From a virus (taxonomy: Duplodnaviria; Caudoviricetes), in the IMG/VR virus record IMGVR_UViG_3300034257_000006, positions 1-60,102 of that record: DNA of 60,102 nt, one strand, 5' to 3'. This document shows positions 60,086 through 60,102 of the stretch, one piece after another. A program made the translations under genes and the position numbers. The notes beneath the pieces are model-generated. The model was not told the origin of the DNA. It searched no databases and was given only the letters and a program-made list of their open reading frames with translations. The first letter of the stretch is position 1. Each line of letters begins with the position of its first letter.

Positions 60086-60102
60086 CCTTCGTAAAAAGAC
60101 TA
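59976..60102. repeat. Terminal overlap, copy 2
   Basis: Identical to 1-127. Confidence 0.95.

Noticed and set aside
1-60102. Prophage/lysogeny module or alternative genetic code
   Set aside because: No integrase, repressor or host flanks recognised; core genes are uninterrupted in the standard code and all three stop codons are used

Overview
Apparently complete, circularly assembled tailed-phage genome of about 59,975 bp; bases 1-127 repeat at 59976-60102, most likely an assembler overlap. The architecture is siphovirus-like. Almost all genes are on the minus strand: TerL, portal, protease/scaffold, capsid, neck and tail genes with a -1 frameshift chaperone, tape measure, an eight-enzyme glycosyl-/methyltransferase/radical-SAM cluster, a papain-like protease, a sigma factor and fibre genes. 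One plus-strand island (7.4-14.3 kb) carries csrA, a SNF2 helicase, an SSB-like gene and tRNA-like RNAs. I recognise no integrase, repressor, DNA polymerase, reverse transcriptase or canonical endolysin. A Planctomycetota host is a tentative inference from gene content only. The strongest unexplained structure is an integron-type gene-cassette array at 8035-10476. It has six attC-like hairpins (four intact) whose R boxes pair cassette-by-cassette, the genes lie antisense to the attC polarity, no integron integrase is encoded, and CsrA-type GGA hairpins lie inside it just downstream of the phage csrA. Other notable signals: a tandem duplication holding two different tRNA-like RNAs; inverted iteron-like repeats inside the SF1 helicase gene; Ser-rich SES tags and Cys enrichment in virion proteins next to the glycosylation cluster; and an apparently circularly permuted structural gene. 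All family assignments come from motif recognition, not database searches.
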